Source of the DNA: Bryobacteraceae bacterium
Lineage (GTDB): Bacteria > Acidobacteriota > Terriglobia > Bryobacterales > Bryobacteraceae
Direction of reading: 5' to 3'
Length of the DNA: 64,000 bases
Assembly: GCA_049512775.1 (NCBI GenBank)
Contig: JBEKWU010000004.1
Coordinates: forward strand, 3,096 to 67,095
A model generated the notes under the pieces. That model did not search any database and was not told the DNA's origin. It saw nothing but the letters and a program-made list of their open reading frames with translations. Each line of letters starts with the position of its first letter. The first letter of the stretch is position 1. Below, piece by piece: positions 61,500 through 64,000 of this stretch. A program made the translations under genes and the position numbers.

Positions 61500-62254
61500 C
61501 AAAGCAGCAAACTGGAAGGGTATACCTCGTCGGCGCCGGACCGGGCGACCCGAAGCTGTTGACGCTCCGGGCGGTGGAACTGCTCGAGGCCGCCGACGTC
61601 GTCGTATACGACCGGCTTATTCAGGATGGGGTCCTCGCCTATGCCAACCCCCGCGCCGAACGGATCTACATGGGCAAGCCTCTGGGCAAGCACGAGTCGC
61701 GGCAGGACGAAATCAACGAGCTGCTTGTCCGCAAGGCATGTGAAGGCAAGATGGTGGTGCGGCTGAAAGGCGGCGACCCGTTCGTGTTCGCGCGCGGCGG
61801 CGAGGAAGCCGAATACCTCGCGGACCGCGACGTGCCGTTCGAGGTCATACCAGGAATTTCGTCGGCGCTCGCCGCACCTTTGTTCGCTGGAATCCCCGTG
61901 ACCCATCGGGACGCGGCGTCGAGCCTGGGCATCATCACGGGTCACGAATGCAAAGAGGACCAAAGCCGCCTGGACTGGGCGGCGATCAGCAAGCTCCAGA
62001 CGCTCGTGTTCGTCATGTGCGTGAGCAACGTCGGCAGAATTGCCGGCAAGCTCATCGAGAACGGCCGGAGCGCCGACACACCCGCGGCGCTGATTCAGAT
62101 GGCGTATTGGCCCGGGCAGCGCGTCCTCACCGGAACCCTGGGGACGATAGCCGAGGAGGCCATCCGCGTCGCCATTCAGCCCCCGGCAACGCTTGTGGTC
62201 GGGGAGGTAGTACGCATGCACGAGAAGCTCAACGGTCTCGTTGGTGGGGTGTAA
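61484..62254 (+). CDS. cobA: Uroporphyrinogen-III C-methyltransferase (SUMT)
   Basis: GRVYLVGAGPGDPKLLTLRAVELLEAADVVVYDRL, VVRLKGGDPFVFARGGEE, VIPGISSALAAPLFAGIPVTHRD. The start (ATG at 61484) overlaps the upstream gene by 16 nt. Confidence 0.9.
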   Translation: MGVAVTKQQTGRVYLVGAGPGDPKLLTLRAVELLEAADVVVYDRLIQDGVLAYANPRAERIYMGKPLGKHESRQDEINELLVRKACEGKMVVRLKGGDPFVFARGGEEAEYLADRDVPFEVIPGISSALAAPLFAGIPVTHRDAASSLGIITGHECKEDQSRLDWAAISKLQTLVFVMCVSNVGRIAGKLIENGRSADTPAALIQMAYWPGQRVLTGTLGTIAEEAIRVAIQPPATLVVGEVVRMHEKLNGLVGGV

Positions 62255-62262
62255 AGCCGGGC

Positions 62263-63234
62263 ATGCTCCCGTTCAAGCTCGTTTACCATCCGAAGTACGA
62301 TCTGAACCTCGGCGAGCACATCTTCCCTGCCCAGAAATACCGCATGATTCACGACCGCCTGCTGCTGGACCGGTTCGCCGAGCACAGGGACTTCATCGAG
62401 CCGGAGCCAGCGCCGGATGAGGACGTCCTATTGGTCCACACCAAGGATTGGGTCGAGCGGCTGAAGAACTGCACGCTGAGGCTGTATGACATCCTGAGAC
62501 TCGAGATTCCGTATTCGCGGCAGATGGTGGGGGCGTTCTGGCTGGCGGCTAGCGGCACGACGCTGGCGGCGCGGCTGGCGTTGCGCGATGGCGTGGGTTT
62601 CAACCTCGGCGGAGGGTTTCACCACGCGTTTCCGGGCCACGGAGAGGGCTTCTGTGCGGTCCACGACCTGGCGGTGGCCATCCGGCGCTTGCAGCGCGAG
62701 AGCCTGATCGAACGCGCCATGGTGGTGGACTGCGACGTGCACCAGGGCAACGGCACCGCGGCCATTTTCGCCGGCGACCGGAGGGTATTCACGTTGTCCA
62801 TTCACCAGCTCAACAACTACCCGGCCGAAAAGACGCCATCGGACATCGACATTGACCTCGAAGACGAGACCGGCGACGAGGAGTACCTGGAGCGCTTGAA
62901 GCACGCGTACGCGCCCGCGCTGGCGGAGTTCCGGCCGCAACTGCTGTTCTATGTTGCCGGGGCCGATCCGTACTGCCGCGATCAGTTGGGCGGGCTGTCG
63001 CTGACCATGGAAGGTCTGAAAGCGCGCGATCGGATCGTGCTGGCCGCCGCGTTGACGGAAAAAGTGCCGGTGGTGGTGACGCTGGCCGGCGGCTACGCGG
63101 TCAACGTGGATGACACGGTGGCGATTCACGCGAACACCGCGAGAGCGGCCAGGGAGGTGCTCGCGCGGGTGGGGTGGACGCCCAGCCGGATAAGCTGTGG
63201 CCTGTCCGGTAGCCGCCCCCGGAGCGTACAGTGA
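62263..63234 (+). CDS. Histone-deacetylase-family (arginase/deacetylase fold) protein
   Basis: GGGFHHAFPGHGEGFCAVHDLAVA, VVDCDVHQGNGTA, GADPYCRDQLGGLSLT. Confidence 0.8.
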   Translation: MLPFKLVYHPKYDLNLGEHIFPAQKYRMIHDRLLLDRFAEHRDFIEPEPAPDEDVLLVHTKDWVERLKNCTLRLYDILRLEIPYSRQMVGAFWLAASGTTLAARLALRDGVGFNLGGGFHHAFPGHGEGFCAVHDLAVAIRRLQRESLIERAMVVDCDVHQGNGTAAIFAGDRRVFTLSIHQLNNYPAEKTPSDIDIDLEDETGDEEYLERLKHAYAPALAEFRPQLLFYVAGADPYCRDQLGGLSLTMEGLKARDRIVLAAALTEKVPVVVTLAGGYAVNVDDTVAIHANTARAAREVLARVGWTPSRISCGLSGSRPRSVQ

Positions 63235-63312
63235 CTGTGCCCATCGGAAACCCCGATCCGTAAGTGCCTCGACTCTTCCGGACCCGGAAGGTCCAGTGCC
63301 AGAAGCTCCAGC

Positions 63313-63500
63313 GTTCCACGCGAAGTCCGGGATCTGATCCCCCGGATGAGCCGAGAGAACCCGCATCAGGGGTTGCCGCGGGTCCACGGTGAACTGCTGA
63401 AGCTGGGCATCGAGAAGACCGGCGAGACCAGCGGTGGCAAGCACGGGCTTCGCTACCGGCGCCCGCTATCGCAGACATGCCGTCCCGCCGGGATGGAGCT
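63313..63500 (+). pseudogene. Short relic of an integrase-core (IS3/IS481-type) transposase gene
   Basis: The in-frame reading VPREVRDLIPRMSRENPHQGLPRVHGELLKLGIEKTGETS...RRPLSQTCR mirrors the common motif ...IRRMARENP.WGAPRIHGELLKLGI.VS..TV....R.PPSQTWRTFL. Only ~60 codons remain and no catalytic domain follows. Confidence 0.55.
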
Positions 63501-63552
63501 GACCACGCCACCAGCGCCTTCAGTAGACGCGGCCCCCCGGCACGCCGGCAGA

Positions 63553-64000
63553 CTACGCCGGCGGCCTGCCGGACGGTGCAAACACGGCCAACACCGGGCA
63601 CGGGGCGTGGCGCAGCATTCGGATCGTGGTTGCCCCGATCACGGTCGCGTCGAAGAACCGCCGGTGGCGCGCTCCCAGGACTACTAAGTCGGCGTTGATC
63701 TCGGAAGCGCGCGCAATCACCGCTTGCGCCACGTCCCCCTCGGCCGTGATCTCGCGGATTGCACAGCCCGCGCGCTCCGAATCCGGGATCCAGGAGCAGA
63801 GGTCCTCGATCGAATCCGTCGCTCCCGCTTCCCGGACGTGCAGCACCGTTACCGCCGCTCCGAAGCACCTGACGAGTCCGGCTGCTGTCCGCAGAGCCTG
63901 CAACGCAATCGGGGAATCGTTCACCGGGCAAAGGATGTGTTTGACTTCCACGGACTGAGTATCACCGCGGACGGCCAGCACCGGAACCGAGGCCTCGCGA
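63553..64000 (-). CDS. Universal stress protein (tandem-USP type); 5' part lies outside the window
   Basis: HILCPVNDSPIALQAL..., ADLVVLGARHRRFFDATVIGATTIRMLRHAPCPVLAV. The frame stays open upstream of the listed start to the window edge (...REASVPVLAV is the end of a preceding USP domain). Confidence 0.8.
   Translation of the reverse strand, partial: REASVPVLAVRGDTQSVEVKHILCPVNDSPIALQALRTAAGLVRCFGAAVTVLHVREAGATDSIEDLCSWIPDSERAGCAIREITAEGDVAQAVIARASEINADLVVLGARHRRFFDATVIGATTIRMLRHAPCPVLAVFAPSGRPPA

Overview
GC-rich bacterial chromosomal segment. Nearly all real genes are identifiable by protein motifs. Most long alternative-frame ORFs in the track are GC-driven artefacts.

Layout:
(1) 1-3.1 kb: the 3' part of an RND efflux permease plus a DUF2892 mini-protein.
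(2) 3.1-13.0 kb: an accessory, partly decayed stretch. It holds a frameshifted gene remnant and two tRNA-like relics. It also holds a tandemly duplicated secreted-protein/PEP-CTERM module with conserved 59-nt and 64-nt flanking repeats, and an ECF sigma / zinc anti-sigma / secreted TPR-CHAT protease operon.
(3) 13-63.2 kb: a ~50 kb dissimilatory sulfur-metabolism island built from two divergent gene blocks.
- The minus-strand block (44.7 to 14.7 kb) encodes marR-like, aprBA, two Cys-rich ORFs, qmoABC, dsrAB, dsrL, dsrC, dsrT and dsrMKJOP. It continues with a second DsrMKJOP/Hmc-like complex whose NrfD subunit is fused to a hexaheme cytochrome c, a translationally coupled histidine kinase with two receivers, a beta-propeller protein, TauE and a CoA-disulfide-reductase/rhodanese fusion.
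- The plus-strand block (45.0 to 63.2 kb) encodes a cytidylate-kinase-like/BON protein, three TauE permeases interleaved with an alginate-export-type outer-membrane porin and small envelope proteins, and a PEP-synthase-like protein. It continues with a DsrD-like protein, dsrN, sat, a receiver, a third NarI/HdrD (DsrMK-like) pair, cobA and an HDAC-family protein.
- A second cytidylate-kinase-like/BON paralog and sirC sit at the far left of the island.
(4) 63.3-64.0 kb: a transposase relic and a partial tandem USP gene.

I saw no rRNA, CRISPR array or intact mobile element. The gene content (dsrL together with a DsrD-like gene, no dsrEFH, PEP-CTERM, CHAT) would fit an Acidobacteriota-like sulfur-cycling organism, but taxonomy is inference only.

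The most interesting candidates for undescribed biology are:
- the two Cys-rich genes wedged between aprA and qmoA;
- the K-M-O-P::cytochrome complex with its embedded two-component system;
- the TauE/porin envelope module.
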